A stretch of 63,816 nucleotides of DNA, the filler included, from Bigelowiella natans CCMP2755 (taxonomy: Eukaryota > Protista > Cercozoa), in the NCBI GenBank assembly GCA_000320545.1. It is 6 parts of 6 records of this genome, joined end to end, with 100 filler letters (N's around TTAATTAATTAA, not from the genome) between each part and the next. Parts side by side here need not be neighbours in the genome. Positions count along the whole stretch, not along the records: positions 1 to 15,398 come from ADNK01002478.1; positions 15,499 to 36,972 come from ADNK01000716.1; 4 more parts are not named here. One strand, written 5' to 3'. The translations under genes were made by a program, and so were the position numbers. The notes below the pieces were generated by a model, which saw only the letters and a program-made list of their open reading frames with translations, was not told the DNA's origin and did not search any database. Positions 13,973 to 27,642 of the stretch are shown here, one piece after another. Every line of letters begins with the position of its first letter. Position 1 is the stretch's first letter.

Positions 13973-14999
13973 TAAAAAGTGCCCAAAAAGGGAGAGTTCA
14001 AACCAGAACTTTCACTTCAATCAATTCTAAGGGAGAAAAAAGGGGAGAAAAAAATAGGCGAAAGAATGATGGCACAAATCATATATGTCTTTGCCACTTC
14101 CATTCACGTACAAGCCGATCTGTAAAGATGTACATAGTCAACTACTGTCCAATTTCCAGCTCCAACAACAGTCTTGCAAGGCGTTTCATCTAGGCATCGA
14201 TCATGCCTCTGTGCATTCGCACGGTTACACACGCGCGTCTAGATGGCTGCAGCGTGGCATCACATGATCTTTTCACGGTTTTGACATTTGCTAAGCCATG
14301 CTGGCATGCGGAGTCACATGGCAGCACGATGCATGAACATCGCTACACGAAACATTGGCGTGGCTACGCGTACATCCATCTAGAAGTTTCATAGGGAACC
14401 CTGGACGCGCAGCGGACGTCGAACCATGCGTTAGATTTGTGCATTGCACGGCAAATAATCTAGACCATTGAGACGGTAGAATTGGTAGCCCTCGCAAGTC
14501 AGCGCATGTGCGTGGCTTTTGCATGTTGCACGCTCTAGTGATGTGCATTGCTTTTAGCTGCTGTGCTGCAGTCTACACACTTCGTTGGATCCTCAACGCG
14601 CATTCAAGCTAGATCATCACAAAAACGTCTAGACTAGGCGCTAGAATGATGAGTGAATTCTAGGAATATTAATTGCTGTTGCAACAAGAAACATAACACT
14701 TGACATGCTGCCGTACCACAAGTATTTCCGTTTTTGGCTGCATCGTAGTACAGCAGTGTTAATGATGATGGTGTGTTTGCATTTATAGTGAAGGTGTTCT
14801 ACGCGCAGCTGCATGTGCGACTTTCTATCATTACTAGATGTATCCTCGAGATTCGACCAGGAGTTTTCTTACTCTTACACAGGGCGAGGAGGCCCATGAA
14901 CATGGTCTCTGACTAACACGACTACTGCTGCGACATCATCGTGGCGTAGCTGCGACTCTATAAGCATGCATTCCATTCTCCGACTTTCCGTGCTCATCA

Positions 15000-15197
15000 T
15001 CATGCCGTCGGCGAAGGCGGCACGTATGGTAACGTTTGGATCCGCACAATCCCGCCCCTCGTCCCCGACGCCAAGCACCATGAATGCCTGCGTTGTTATC
15101 AATTTCTCAGCATGAGATGAAGAAGCATTGACAAGCTCACAAGCACCAACACCAACACCAGCACAAACTCTCCCATCACTCCCCCACCCCCCCCGTC

Positions 15198-15240
<43 letters not shown>

Positions 15241-15332
15241 TACAGTACTAACCCAGGAAAAGGGTTCCAGGCGACGCAAGAGACCGCAAGGTGAGGAGAT
15301 TGCAGGACCTGTTCCACATCCTCAAGGCTCCT
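15000..15332 (-). CDS. 3' end of WD40 protein, TFIIIC subunit beta (GTF3C2/Tfc6)-like; 5' part lost at spacer
   Basis: Exons 15332-15253 and 15087-15000 splice to ...HLAVSCVAWNPFPG|HSWCLASGTRGGIVRIQTLPYVPPSPTA*, a terminal WD40 blade resembling the GTF3C2 ending (FSPN...WLVSGGQSGLVRI). Confidence 0.55.
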
Positions 15333-15398
15333 CTGAGCAAATGAGGTGGTGCGAGGAGGAGGAGGAGGAGGAGGAGGAGGAGGAGGAGGAGGAGGAGC

Positions 15399-15498
15399 NN
15401 NNNNNNNNNNNNNNNNNNNNNNNNNNNNNNNNNNNNNNNNNNTTAATTAATTAANNNNNNNNNNNNNNNNNNNNNNNNNNNNNNNNNNNNNNNNNNNN
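15399..15498. other. Artificial assembly spacer (44N-TTAATTAATTAA-44N)
   Basis: Identical 100-nt construct with stop codons, seen five times in the window. Confidence 0.97.
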
Positions 15499-15518
15499 TC
15501 CCCCCCCCCCCCCCCCTT

Positions 15519-15904
15519 CCCTAATTCAAAGACGGTAGCATGAATGAGAAGCAGAAGATGGAGGCCTTTAAAAAGCTGCGTGCGGATCCTCGCACGTGCC
15601 CTCTCAAAAGAAGGTTGGTCCTCGTACTACTACTACTCCTCCTACTACTACTACTACTTCTCGCTACTAGTTGTTCTTCCCGGCCATCCTCCTCTAGACT
15701 AGAAGAGAGATATATATCTCATAATTGGATTACTTACGGTGGCATGCATTAACCGAATCAATCAGGCACCCCCCCAACGGCTTCGAGTTCGGTCTGGGGT
15801 GTACAATGTGCGCTGATAAGCACATCGAGGCGGACAACAAAGCAGCGGAGGAGAAGGCGAAAGCGGAAAAGGCCCAGAAAAAGAATAACAGGAGACGCAG
15901 GTAG
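15519..15904 (+). CDS. 3' end of MYCBP2/Highwire (PHR family)-like E3 ubiquitin ligase; 5' part lost at spacer
   Basis: Exon to ~15613 spliced to exon 15766-15904 gives TCPLKRRHPPNGFEFGLGCTMC, matching the MYCBP2 C-terminus [21 protein letters not shown]. Followed by a short basic tail and TAG. Confidence 0.7.
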
Positions 15905-17524
15905 TGGGCGTTCTTTCTCGCAGCGCACAATAAGGCAGTAGTAGCGCCGCCGGGTACACGGCACATTGTGGAATAATACTGTTCTCCCATTCCGTGTGAA
16001 TCCATACACATACGTGCGAAATCGGGGTTGATTGCTTACTCTTGAACCTGTCATTGTCTGGTTGTTGTCATTGATTTGTACACCGTCGAGCATGTGGGTT
16101 GTCACCCAGCGTTGATGATGAGCGAGTCTATGCACACATCATTCATTCCACGATGTCTCTCAAGCTTGCCATGTCCACTCTAGCACTGTCCATTGCATCA
16201 TGCATGTACGTAGCTAGCAGCACACGCGCACGTGCACAGTGCAATGTAGCATCGCAAGAATTAAACAATTACATAAGCGACACTGCATCGATCTTGCGCA
16301 AGCGCTAGCAACTGCCTAAGTATCTAGAGCTAGGCTAGTTAGGCTGCCATGCCATTGCAGTGGTGCGCCTTGCTAGCTAGATTGCAATGCATCTGCATCT
16401 GCCTGCTAGTTAGCTACAGTGCATGTGCAGCGCATGAGATCAGTTGCGCATGCGCGCATGCATTCTAAAAATCGCAGCTAGCTAGCTAGGCATTGTAGCT
16501 AGATTAGCGCTACACAACTGCATCAATCCCGGTATCGTAACGAGTGGGTTTTGAACAAACTGTGCTTTGCGCCTGCGGCCTGGCGCGCTCAATCGTTGCA
16601 ATTGGACATTGGAAGCACACTGGAGCCTGTTTGAGGTTCAGCTTTGATTTTTTTTTCGAATTTCAGCTTGAAAACCTCATTTTTCAACGCCTGCCAGCGG
16701 GCGAAAATTGAAAAATTCTTGCCACTTTTGAACACGCTAGCGCATTTGCATTTGCGTGCCACAAGTTTTGCAAGCTCATGAGGGTGTGTGCACACTGGCT
16801 TCATGGACGTGCGAAGTTTCAGCACACGCACGCAAAAAGCATGCATCTGGGCGCACATGAACGCGCAAATGTGCACTCAATGACTCTCAATTGAAAATTC
16901 ATGCCATTCGTTACACATTTGATGCAGTTGTATATGCTAGCATGTTGCGTTGTTTACATGTGCATGCATGCGACATAATTTGCATGTTATTCATGCTAGC
17001 TTATCACATGCTTGCTGCATGCAAACCAATGCCAAATAAGCTAGCTAGCCTGCGTCGACAAGAGAGACACTCTAGCTAGCACTGCTTGTAGCCGTACTTG
17101 CAACACAGATGTGCATGCACAAATGCGTCGTTTGCAGCATTCCTGCAAACGCCTGCCCACGTACGTGCACACACATCTCAATCCATGCACGTCTAGACGC
17201 ACTGCGTACAAATCAATAACCTGCTTGCAAGCCATCTAGCCACACTAGCATGTGCATTGACCGAGCATTCTAGCTAGCATTTATAGCGTTACGTGTTCAC
17301 ATGTCATTCATCAGCGCACTACGTACGCAAAACCTCTCCAGTATAATGCGGATGCTGAATGGCACAGCATAGCCGCGTCGCCCCATGCAAACAGATTTAG
17401 AGAGATAACATGTTTTTAGTTGCACTCATCATGCATGTACGTGCACGTAGACGAAGACGATGTATTGCACGAGAGCCATCTAAAACCCTCTCGCTGGATC
17501 GTCTCCTCGATGGTTTTAAACACC

Positions 17525-18180
17525 TTAGAAAAATATTGACATTCCCGCACTGCTTGCGGCCTTTAGTCTTGCTGCTCTCCGCTCTTCTAAATAAACATCC
17601 GTGTCCTCTTGCTGCTTCTCATCATCGTCACTGTGGGCTTCTTCATCACCCGGATTTCCTCCATAGCGTGGCAACACGCCGAGAATGTCGCCATTCGTAC
17701 GGACAGCGCGGTGGCCGAGACCAGCCGAAGTTTTGGGGCGCTCACGCTCTCCTGACTGTGCGTGATTTGCCCACCACTTTCCAGATTCCATGAGCTGCGG
17801 AGACACACAGAAATGTAAATGTACAAAATTGACAGGACACATCTCCACAACGTGCTGCGTTCTATAACATTTAGACGGTGCGAGAGCTTTTTCGAAAATC
17901 GCGTTCGGGTTAACCTGTTTGCACATTTTCATGGCCTCCTTTAATTGTCCTTGCAAAGCCTTGATCTTCTTCTCCTGGCACGAACAAAGGCACGCCATCA
18001 CGGAGAGAACCGCAGTATCGAAGCCAGAAAAATCAGCTATTCATCATGCAGAATTCGCACCTTCTCGGCAAGTTTTTTTTTGTGCGCTCCTGTTTCCGAT
18101 CGCAAGCGTTGGCCTGCAAGCCGCAGCTCGACGCGTGATGACTAGCACACAAGGGTAACAACCACAATGTGAGGGTGTGT

Positions 18181-18214
<34 letters not shown>

Positions 18215-18550
18215 AATTGATGATGAGGATGATGCTGAATCAGGAAATCCCTAATTTATCAGCATTCATATATGCCCTTTTGTTTCATGTGTCACACACT
18301 TCGTAGAGACGGGAGATCTTCAATTTATCCTCCACCACGTATTTTCGCAATCGCTTCAGCTTCTGGATCTGTTTTAGGTAGCGCGCCTCTTCTGCCTTCC
18401 ATATTCTTGATGAGCAACAACGGCCAATTGCGAACGCAAATGGAATGGGGGGGGGGAAGGGCAAGGTGTAGTATCAACAGTGAGTGTGATGGAAAGGAAA
18501 TGTGAATTCGGAATTATAGAAAGGGATAGAGAGAAAGAAGAAGAAAATGA

Positions 18551-18591
<41 letters not shown>

Positions 18592-18979
18592 ATCGATACA
18601 CAAAAATAGTTTGTTGCCCTTGTTTTGATATAAATGTATTATACTTGGTCATTCGCATTATTTTCTCGGAGTCCCATTTCGGCGGCGAGTTGGATTGGTG
18701 CCTTTTCGTGAGCAAGCAATTATAACGAGAAAGACGTATATATCCACTTTCTGATATGCTAGTCAGTTTTTACAGGTTGGCGTGCATCATTCTCAACGAT
18801 TTCAATGCAATAACGTGCAATGCGAAGAAATGTAGAAGACAGGCTCATCAAATTAGGACGCTCAAACGCTGCGCGCGCTTATGTGTCTGTGTGCATTAAC
18901 CGGCTACTGTTGGAAGGAAGACGTTTGATGGCTAATCGTGAATTCTTCATATTCGTGCCTAGCTCCCACGAGCAGCAGG

Positions 18980-19015
<36 letters not shown>

Positions 19016-19093
19016 CGTCACACGGCCATATGCTCTTAGGCATCCAAGGATGAACCAAATTGAAAATCTGGGGAATGAAAATGCGTGAATTCG

Positions 19094-19139
<46 letters not shown>

Positions 19140-19742
19140 ACTGAAAGAATATGGGGTAGGCACCTATCGAGGTTGCTTTGTGTGAAAGCCGAGTGGGATC
19201 ACTGAACTCCCTATTCGACAAAAAAAACGCTCAAATTCCGTTCCCATCCATTCCACCCCCCCCCCCCCCCGCCCCCCCCCCTCCCAGATTCATCATCTCT
19301 TATCTCCCCATGAGTGTGGTGCCGGAATTTCGCTTTCGAGACGTGATCACACTCCCCTGCTCTAGGTACTGGGCTGCAAATACCGATGGACTGTCGGGGA
19401 AAATGGCGGGCGAGATCCCGAGCCTGGTCGTTTCCGTGCCTACGATGGTGACACACCCAAAAAATAATTTAAGACGAGGGATCATTTCGTGATTCGTTTA
19501 AGTCTCAATCGCATTCTTTTCATCGCATTCTTTTTTTGGTACATCATCGTCGCTGCTAACCTCTCTGTTGTTCTCTTGGACCTGCTGCTGCTGCTGCGCC
19601 TTTCCTCTCGTGACGGACGCCTTTGGACTGTTGGCGAAGCTCATGTCGCTCAGATCTTGGGAGAGGTCCTAGCGAATTCATGGTTGTGGAATATCCCCAA
19701 AATGTTTGTGCTGGTGTGCAATGTTGTACTTCGAGGCGCGCG

Positions 19743-19795
<53 letters not shown>

Positions 19796-21865
19796 ACGCA
19801 CAAATACAAAAACACGCACACACGCATAAACACGCACACACAACTAGTTTGAGCTCAAAAAGACGGGCGCGAGCGTGAAAACCGTTGAGAATCTGCAGAT
19901 ATTTAACTGAGGCGGCGGCGACCCTCTTGTTTTCTGACAGAGATGGCGAACAATCAGGCACTACAATCACGCCCGCACCGCCTCTTTCCGCAGTTGCCCT
20001 CCCCCGCCCCCCTTTTCATGTCGAGCTCTATATCAGGTACGAAGGGGGCGACCATCGAGTCTTTGAGGGACTTCAAGTGCTGCTCGTTGGCTCTAATCCG
20101 GTCCTTTCCTTCCAGAACTTGGTCGAGGAGATCGCTGCGTTTGTTGATGGTGGAGACAAGCGAATGAGCCCGCGCAGTGTCGCCTACACAGCTATGGAAT
20201 CTAGCTCATCATGTACACGTGCATGCTGGTTTCGTCTTAACATGCAGATGTGGCAGTTCTGCACGCCAATGCGTCATCATCATCATAGCCGTATTGACTT
20301 CTCTTCTGCTATTTGTCATCATTATCATTATTATCATTATTGTTATTGTTATCGTGTTCGCTCATGTTGTTATCATATTGTTATCATGATCACCGATTTC
20401 GTTGCTCCGATATGCTGAGTCGCTCACTTAGCTCGAGCGTGAGAGGCGATTGGAACTCATCCCTCCTCGAGGAGAGGCCTGGGCTGAATCCGTCTAGAAA
20501 GACACCGCTCGTGGCCGCTTTATCAGCCTCGAAGTCCTGGAGCTTCATGTCCCCTCCCTTCTCGTATTCCTACCCGAGAGAAGTGCAGGAACACATCGTT
20601 AAGACAAAACGTCTCTACAAAGCGTCTTGTCATCATTCGGAAGAGGGGCTGTCAATGCGTGCAACGATAAGATGAGAAGAGAAAAGGCGCAGAACTTGAG
20701 CGAATCGACGGAGGACCTTTGGATTTAGGTGGCTTCTTGGCGAAGCCACATAAATCCAAAGGTTTTAATTAGAATCGGCACCCGTAATAGGAGCAGCAAC
20801 CATGCGATATCCCTTTCCCCCCTCCCCCCCTTTTATGCCCAAAAGGGGGTTTTTGATTCCCCGTTTCACAGCAATTGAAGCAAAACCCCTGTCCGGTTTT
20901 AAGAACAAAATCAGGAATATGAGTATATAAAAATAATGGGCCCATATGTTTCAGAAGGTCCCCCCCTGAGGGGGTTTTCAGGTTTTTTTCTACCCCCCCC
21001 CCCCCCCCCCCCTCCTTAACCCCTCCCCCCATCTTATGTGTCTTCTTTCTCACTCTCAGTGCTCGGAGCTCCAGCAACCCGCTGCTGAGGATGTCATCGT
21101 CGTTACTACGACACACCAAAATATAAACAAATAACATCAAACCAAAGAGACCTAGAGACAAAATATGTGCGGCATATTTCGGATGATGGAAGGGGAAAAG
21201 AGGATTCAGGAAAAAATGCCTTAGATGTGAGCGCAGTAAGCGCGAGGCAGTCTCTTCAACGGCGCTGATGCCCTGAATTATGTATAGGAGAGGACATAGG
21301 AACGAGGAAAACAGCAACATCATAGGTAATCCTGCTCTCCACAGGCGAGAACAGATGAGCGAGCGGCCGCGCCCTTGCGCATATCAAACTTTGAGAGAGG
21401 AAGAAAGGAAAAGGGGGGCGCGAAACGAAAGAGCAGGCGCTACTAGATTGGCTGGTCTATTATCGACTCGCGACCCTGATGAGCTGCTGATTCGTAGCTT
21501 CTTGCGCACGGCACTTCGCTTTGGTCTCTGAATTCAGAATATGGATTAATATAAGTGAGTGAGGAGGGCTATCTTTGAATAGACATGCCCCCCCCCCCCC
21601 CCCCCCCCCCCCCCTTCTATTCTACTTGATTCTATCTTGGCGTGAGTGCATATATTTTGAGGAGAGGGAAGGAAGTGGGGAGGGGGGGGCGGGGAGGGGA
21701 CGCTGTCTCAACGCACTCATCCAAAACTGCTTGTAGTCGTCAATTGAGTACTCCTCGTTGACCCGAATATTGTTTCTGACTCGTTTCGCTCGCGCCCCAA
21801 ACCTGCAACACAAACGGCACGCTTTTGACTACAATAGCTACGAACCGACGGGACAGCACTGTTCT

Positions 21866-21903
<38 letters not shown>

Positions 21904-22592
21904 AGAGAGAGGGAGGGAGAGGGCGTATTACCTGAGAGTTGAGATGGTCTCCTCGACGTCGCATTTGTCGCTTGAGGCTGTCACTATGAGGCTAGTCCTC
22001 GAATTCCCACCCAGCGAATGGCTAATGCAGAGGAGGGGGAGGGGGGGGGGGGGGTAAAGATAATAACAAGGATGATGATGAGGAGAAGGAGGAGGAAGAG
22101 GAGGGAGGGAGGAAAGTTTAATTCGCTATCATCACAGGGTTGTGAAACTCAGGGTGCACATAGGGGAAAACCGTGCGTGTATTATACGATCAACTGGGAT
22201 GTTTTGAATTTTGAGGAAGGTTGATTCACCTGAGCAGGTGAGTAAGTTTCGAGTCGCGGTAGGGCACGTAGCTGTCTCCTCTCGTGAGCGCCATTATCAC
22301 ATTTCCTATGAAGAGTAGACACATAGAATCAATCTATGCATGCGGAAATATCCTAACTTTTTTCTAATATCATGAGTTTCCTAATCATACAAACTTGCTT
22401 GAATACTTGAGTGCGGTTTAGTAACAGTGTCACTATCACTACACAGCACGAGATGATTAATGGCCTTCCTCCCCCCATCCCTCGCCCCTTCCCACGAGCT
22501 ACTATTGGAAACGTTTTTGCAGCAGAGAGAGAACGTAGCATACCTAGTGCAGAGAGCGACCTATTGATATATCTTGCCTCACTAAGAGTAGT

Positions 22593-22629
<37 letters not shown>

Positions 22630-23339
22630 TATAAATAAAAGAGAAACGCCCTGCGTAACGTGCGTGCTCTTGTGTAGTTGTCGTTCAAACCCCCTCGGCC
22701 TTTGATTTCCGAACCTTTTCCGATCCTTTGTTGTCAAGCACACAAACACACACACACACACACAAACTCATTCATATACAATTACGTATAAAATACATAG
22801 ATGAAGAGGTGCTCTTTTACAGTGCAAGATTAGGGGGGGGAAACAACCTGCAAGATCCACTAAGAAGAGAGTAGATCCTGTCTTCTTCTGTGTTTGAACG
22901 TCAAGCTGTCCTAGCTGAGGGGTGCCGGGGGGGTGGAAGGAAAGAGATAGGCTTCAACTCGACTCCTTATTACTGGCATCCCCCTCCTCCTCCTCTTCAT
23001 CAAAATCACCATCACATTTATATGTTCCACGAGTATACGCGCAAGTGTGTGCGTCGATGTGCCCATGTTGGTGATATGCTTCAATGACGAAAATTTCGTG
23101 AATAACCGACCGTAACGATCACAATGGCGTGGCTTCTAGAGCTGGACTCGTTCATCATCGTCTCTGCAACCTGACGCCGGGTAGAAGATACGAAAAACTT
23201 TAGCATTGTTCTATATCCCCCCCTCCCAACCCCCCCCTCTCCCAATTGTGAGGGTGAAGGCTCTACCGAGCGAGCGCGATTCCCTTTCGCTAGCACTGCT
23301 AGAAGCTCCTCCTCAGAACTATAGGTAGATATAACCAAC

Positions 23340-23391
<52 letters not shown>

Positions 23392-24008
23392 CGTGTGTGC
23401 ATATGAGTGTATTGTGCTTGCGCGTTCTCAATTTCCCCCCCATTGCATAATCCGGTGTATAGTTTGCTCAAACCATGCGGAGAGGAAAGGCCGGGAGAGG
23501 AAGAGGTGGACGCAAACGTACCTCACGTAATTCACGGTAGCATTTTCCACCCAGACACCTTGAGGGGATTGCCTGCACACATCGTAACTTCTCTTAGATA
23601 ATATACTAGAGATGTAGCTGCTGGAATTTCGATCATCGTCCGAACCGTATTCTGAGACGTTTGTCGCCCGCATCACTGCGCCTGCTGGACACCGCTTTGG
23701 ACGCCAGCAGGTCCTTGATATTCTTCATGTAAACTTCGATGTAAGACACCTAAGAACAAGTGTACATCGTGAATCCCAGAGAGGCAGGGGGGGCGGGGGG
23801 CGGGGGGTGGAGAGAGGGAGAGAGACAGCGAAGGGAAAAGATTTGAAGTAAAATATTACTTTAATTGTGAAGTCCTTGTGATGCTCCTGGTCGCCGATGC
23901 GCTTGAACAACGATTGGGACAGACGCGGCACTATTCCTTCATTGCTAAACAGAGAAGCAACCGCACACACGCACGCACGCACATACGCAGAGTGAGAGGA
24001 TTGAGAGA

Positions 24009-24050
<42 letters not shown>

Positions 24051-24513
24051 GAGAGTGAGAGAGAGCACTCACTCAAGATATTTTGTATAATTCATTCTCT
24101 TGTCTTGGATTCAGCTGTGCGCTGTCAAACACCAACGGCTGTGGACTCTTGTCAAAGAATCGCATGAAAGTGTGTCTACATGAGGCTCTAGCGTATTTTC
24201 CCTTCTCAACAAACCTGGCCTCTCCCATCATGGTGTACGTCTTGCCGCTTCCAGTCTTTTGAAATCATGAAGCAAAATATGATGCATGTGATAAATCAGT
24301 CACAATTCCAAAAATAGCACTCGTACGCTGTAATCGCTGTAATGCATTACAGCATAGGGAATTCGCGCGCACCTGGCCATACGCTAGAATCGTGCAGTTC
24401 AGGCCGTTGAATACCCCCTCGATTATTGGCATTACGGTATGGTCATAGAGCTCCTGTGTGTATAGAAAGAAACACAGCGGTCATCATCAGCTCTATTCAC
24501 GCCACCTTACACA

Positions 24514-24551
<38 letters not shown>

Positions 24552-24749
24552 CTTCTCTCTGTGTGTGCCGTCGTATGGCCTTCAGGGTTCGCCCAGCTTT
24601 TCTCATCACCCCACCTTCTGTGTGGTGCGAGCTGGAAAGACGTGATCGAACTGGAAACGTTGTACCTCCAGTCTAATGATAATGAAACAATCCGTGAATC
24701 AGAACGATGCTTCCGTGACTTTCAGGGCCAGAGCATCACTGCAGGTGTA

Positions 24750-24787
<38 letters not shown>

Positions 24788-25021
24788 TACACACAAATAC
24801 ACTCCAATGCTCATCCATATGTGGTAGCACCTTGTAGCCGTGGCAAGATGGTGGTCCCTATCAGTGGATATACTGACGCTGTCTTGAGAAGGAAATTCTA
24901 GGAAATCAGGTGATTCGTTGTCCTTCCCGTGCTTTCTCGGCCGAAATCTTGCATAAACCCGCGGCCGCTCTGTAGAAGAAGGCTCGACCTCTCTCAAAAT
25001 AGCTGTGTTACTCCTCGGCAA
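17525..25021 (-). CDS. Kinesin heavy chain (kinesin-1-like N-terminal motor plus coiled-coil stalk/tail), many exons; start may extend to ~25523, 3' end uncertain
   Basis: Exons encode RVYARFRP (~24950), FNGLNCTILAYGQ|TGSGKTYTM (P-loop, 24230-24420), GIVPR, VSYIEVY, MNESSSRSHAI (~23140), LFLVDLAG|SEK, EARYINRSLSALG|NVI, VPYRDSKLTHLL, RFGARAKRVRN (~21790). Coiled-coil exons 17870-18400 are assigned to this gene by inference. Confidence 0.88.
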
Positions 25022-26149
25022 ATCTGTTTTGTGTGATCAAGCGGCAAGGACGCACGGCGATGTTCGGTGGGAACAGGGCGTTTTAGAACGGTTCCATAAA
25101 ATTGTAATCATGGACAGTGCCACGATCACCATTACGTCTGGCATATCTCATGCAGTATTTGGTATTGGTTGGCTACGTTATTTTACCAGTCGTCGCCGCC
25201 GCCGTCGCGTCGAGGGCCCCTTTGTAGAATGAACATGAGCTCTTCCGCCTCCAAAGCCCGTGTCACGCGCCACCTTTGCTGGGATGATGCGTTCTCCCGA
25301 ATCCGCTAACGGCGGGATCGGGAAAGGCGGTTGCGTCCAGGTCCAGATCTCGGTCTATGAAAAATATGAGACAAAACACCCTCAGAAACACGTTCCTCAC
25401 CGCCGCTCTGCATAGCATGCTCAGCGACAGTCTCGACCTCGTCGTGTGGCTCCTGGATTCCCCTCCTCTCCCTCCACGCCTCAGCCTAGAACCAAGGCTG
25501 CTTCGCGGTCTTGCGAAAGACATCCTCAGTGGATCCCTTGCCGGGGCGGGGTGGGCTCGGCCCGAGCAGCACGTGCAAACATTTGATCTCTCTTATCTCT
25601 CAGCCCTTGCCGATTACAGGTTCAAAACCTGCAGGCCAATTTGGCTTGTCGCATCCAGAAAATCGCATGGTTTTCAAGGGAATACATCGATTTCAAACGG
25701 CCAAACTTTGTAACGGCCTCGGCGTTTCCGAAGGGCGCTCATCGTCATCGTGCGATATTATGCTCGGGTGCATTTGGATGTTCTCCGCATGGAAAATGGA
25801 CGAATCCGGCTCTAGCCATATGGTCTCTCGAAGTCTTTTGGGTAAGGAAAATCCCCATAAACATCCACAAATATTTTCCGGATTTATTTTTCCAGAGTTG
25901 TTCTAATAATGTTTTACAAGGGTCATTCCCTCCGAGGTGTAATATTATGATGTTATCTCCACAAAATATATACTTGAAAAAGTAAGATAGACAACATATC
26001 CAACATCTAGCAACTGATCATCTATCTCCCCCCAAGTGGAACTACGAACGAGTAGAGGGCCAGCTGAGCGTTTTAGATGCAGATTCTGGCAAGGCCTAGG
26101 GGGGTTGCATTCGTAGCCTCCTTCGCGCTCGTACTTTTGGCTGCACAGG

Positions 26150-26184
<35 letters not shown>

Positions 26185-27097
26185 TGATATATAAAGGAAT
26201 TGCAAAGCAACAGGAACTCCAAGCACCCACTTAACACCATAGGTCAAGGGTAAATGCATGGACTATTGCGAGAATTCTTGTTTGGAGCTCAACGGAAACG
26301 TCAGTCCTTATTTTCTGGAGGAAGAGCATGCGCAGTCAAACAGAATAAATATGAGTGAAAATTAGCGACTTCGCTTCGTTGCGATCGTTGCTGATTCATG
26401 GGTGATGGGGCGTTGGCGTTTTGGTTCAGGTGGCCGACGAATGCGACGATTGCACTCCAGATAAATATGTAATTTTTATCATGTCCAAAACCCCTTCATC
26501 CCTTTTCACTCACCCCAGAACTCGTTCAACCATTGAATCTCTTCCTCTTCTCACCCCCCCTTTGCTCCTCATGCCCCCATCCCTCTCTTCCCCGTCATTG
26601 GTCTCGTTCTTCGCGATGGAAAATATCTTAGGAATGCTATCCTGGGGCTGAAGGGTACCTATTTCTTCACTCCGTGTATAGTTCCGTAGTTCCATTATCG
26701 TTTACCCACTCAACTCTCTCCCCCCCCCTCTCCATGCCGTGTTTTCACACAGTTTTGCGGGAAGATCCGACCCGGTTCCTGAAGGAGAATGTATGACTGC
26801 ATTTTCTTCTCAATTCGAGAAGAACCGCACGCTTGCAATGTGAAGCAGATGAAAATGTACGTGCGGGTAAATGACAAAAGAAATAAATGACTCTTTAGGC
26901 GACATGGATGCTGGGACACCGGAAGGAAAACAATGCAAGCTTCCGTCTGCTCGTCGCTCTCCAAAAGAGACTACTGGCGGCGACCAGCAGGTTGATTATT
27001 GAATGCCCGTTTCTGCCTTTCAAAATGAATATCGACGATGATTATAACGCGGAATAGCAAGAACATTGGGCCTGCAAATACTTCGTTGATTACTAGA

Positions 27098-27590
27098 CCC
27101 CCTTCATGATAACAATATCTCTGCCTACTGCCGCCCCCCCCCGCCCCCTCTACCCTCAGAAGAACGTCGAGATAAGTGAAGAGGGCACAACTGACTTTTT
27201 TGCCGATGAAGAACCGGAAGAAGGGTTCGATTCGTCAACTCCGGAGGAGGCCCAAAGGCACTGGGAGGGAGGGCGGAAGTACCTTTACCACGAACCCGAC
27301 GAATGTCCAAACGAAATCCCAAGCAGCGGTAGTTATTGGAACTATATGCAGACGCATGTGCTATGGATGCCACCTGCTAAAGCAAGAATTCTGATATTGC
27401 AGGCACTCCCGGGCTTTACGTGATATGTGCGAAGCTGCCGTATCTGCACCCCAACCACTACACGGTGAATCTTGACGGGGAGAAGGATGGAGGCGTGGAC
27501 GCCTTGAGAGTGCCCAAGTCTTACTGGGCGGACGAGTTAGTGACGTTTTCCCTCAGATATAATATGAATGAATAAATGTACGTGTAAAGA

Positions 27591-27642
<52 letters not shown>

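Noticed and set aside
15443-15454. Recurring TTAATTAATTAA motif as a biological repeat
   Set aside because: Always centred in 44N flanks; an artificial stop-codon linker.
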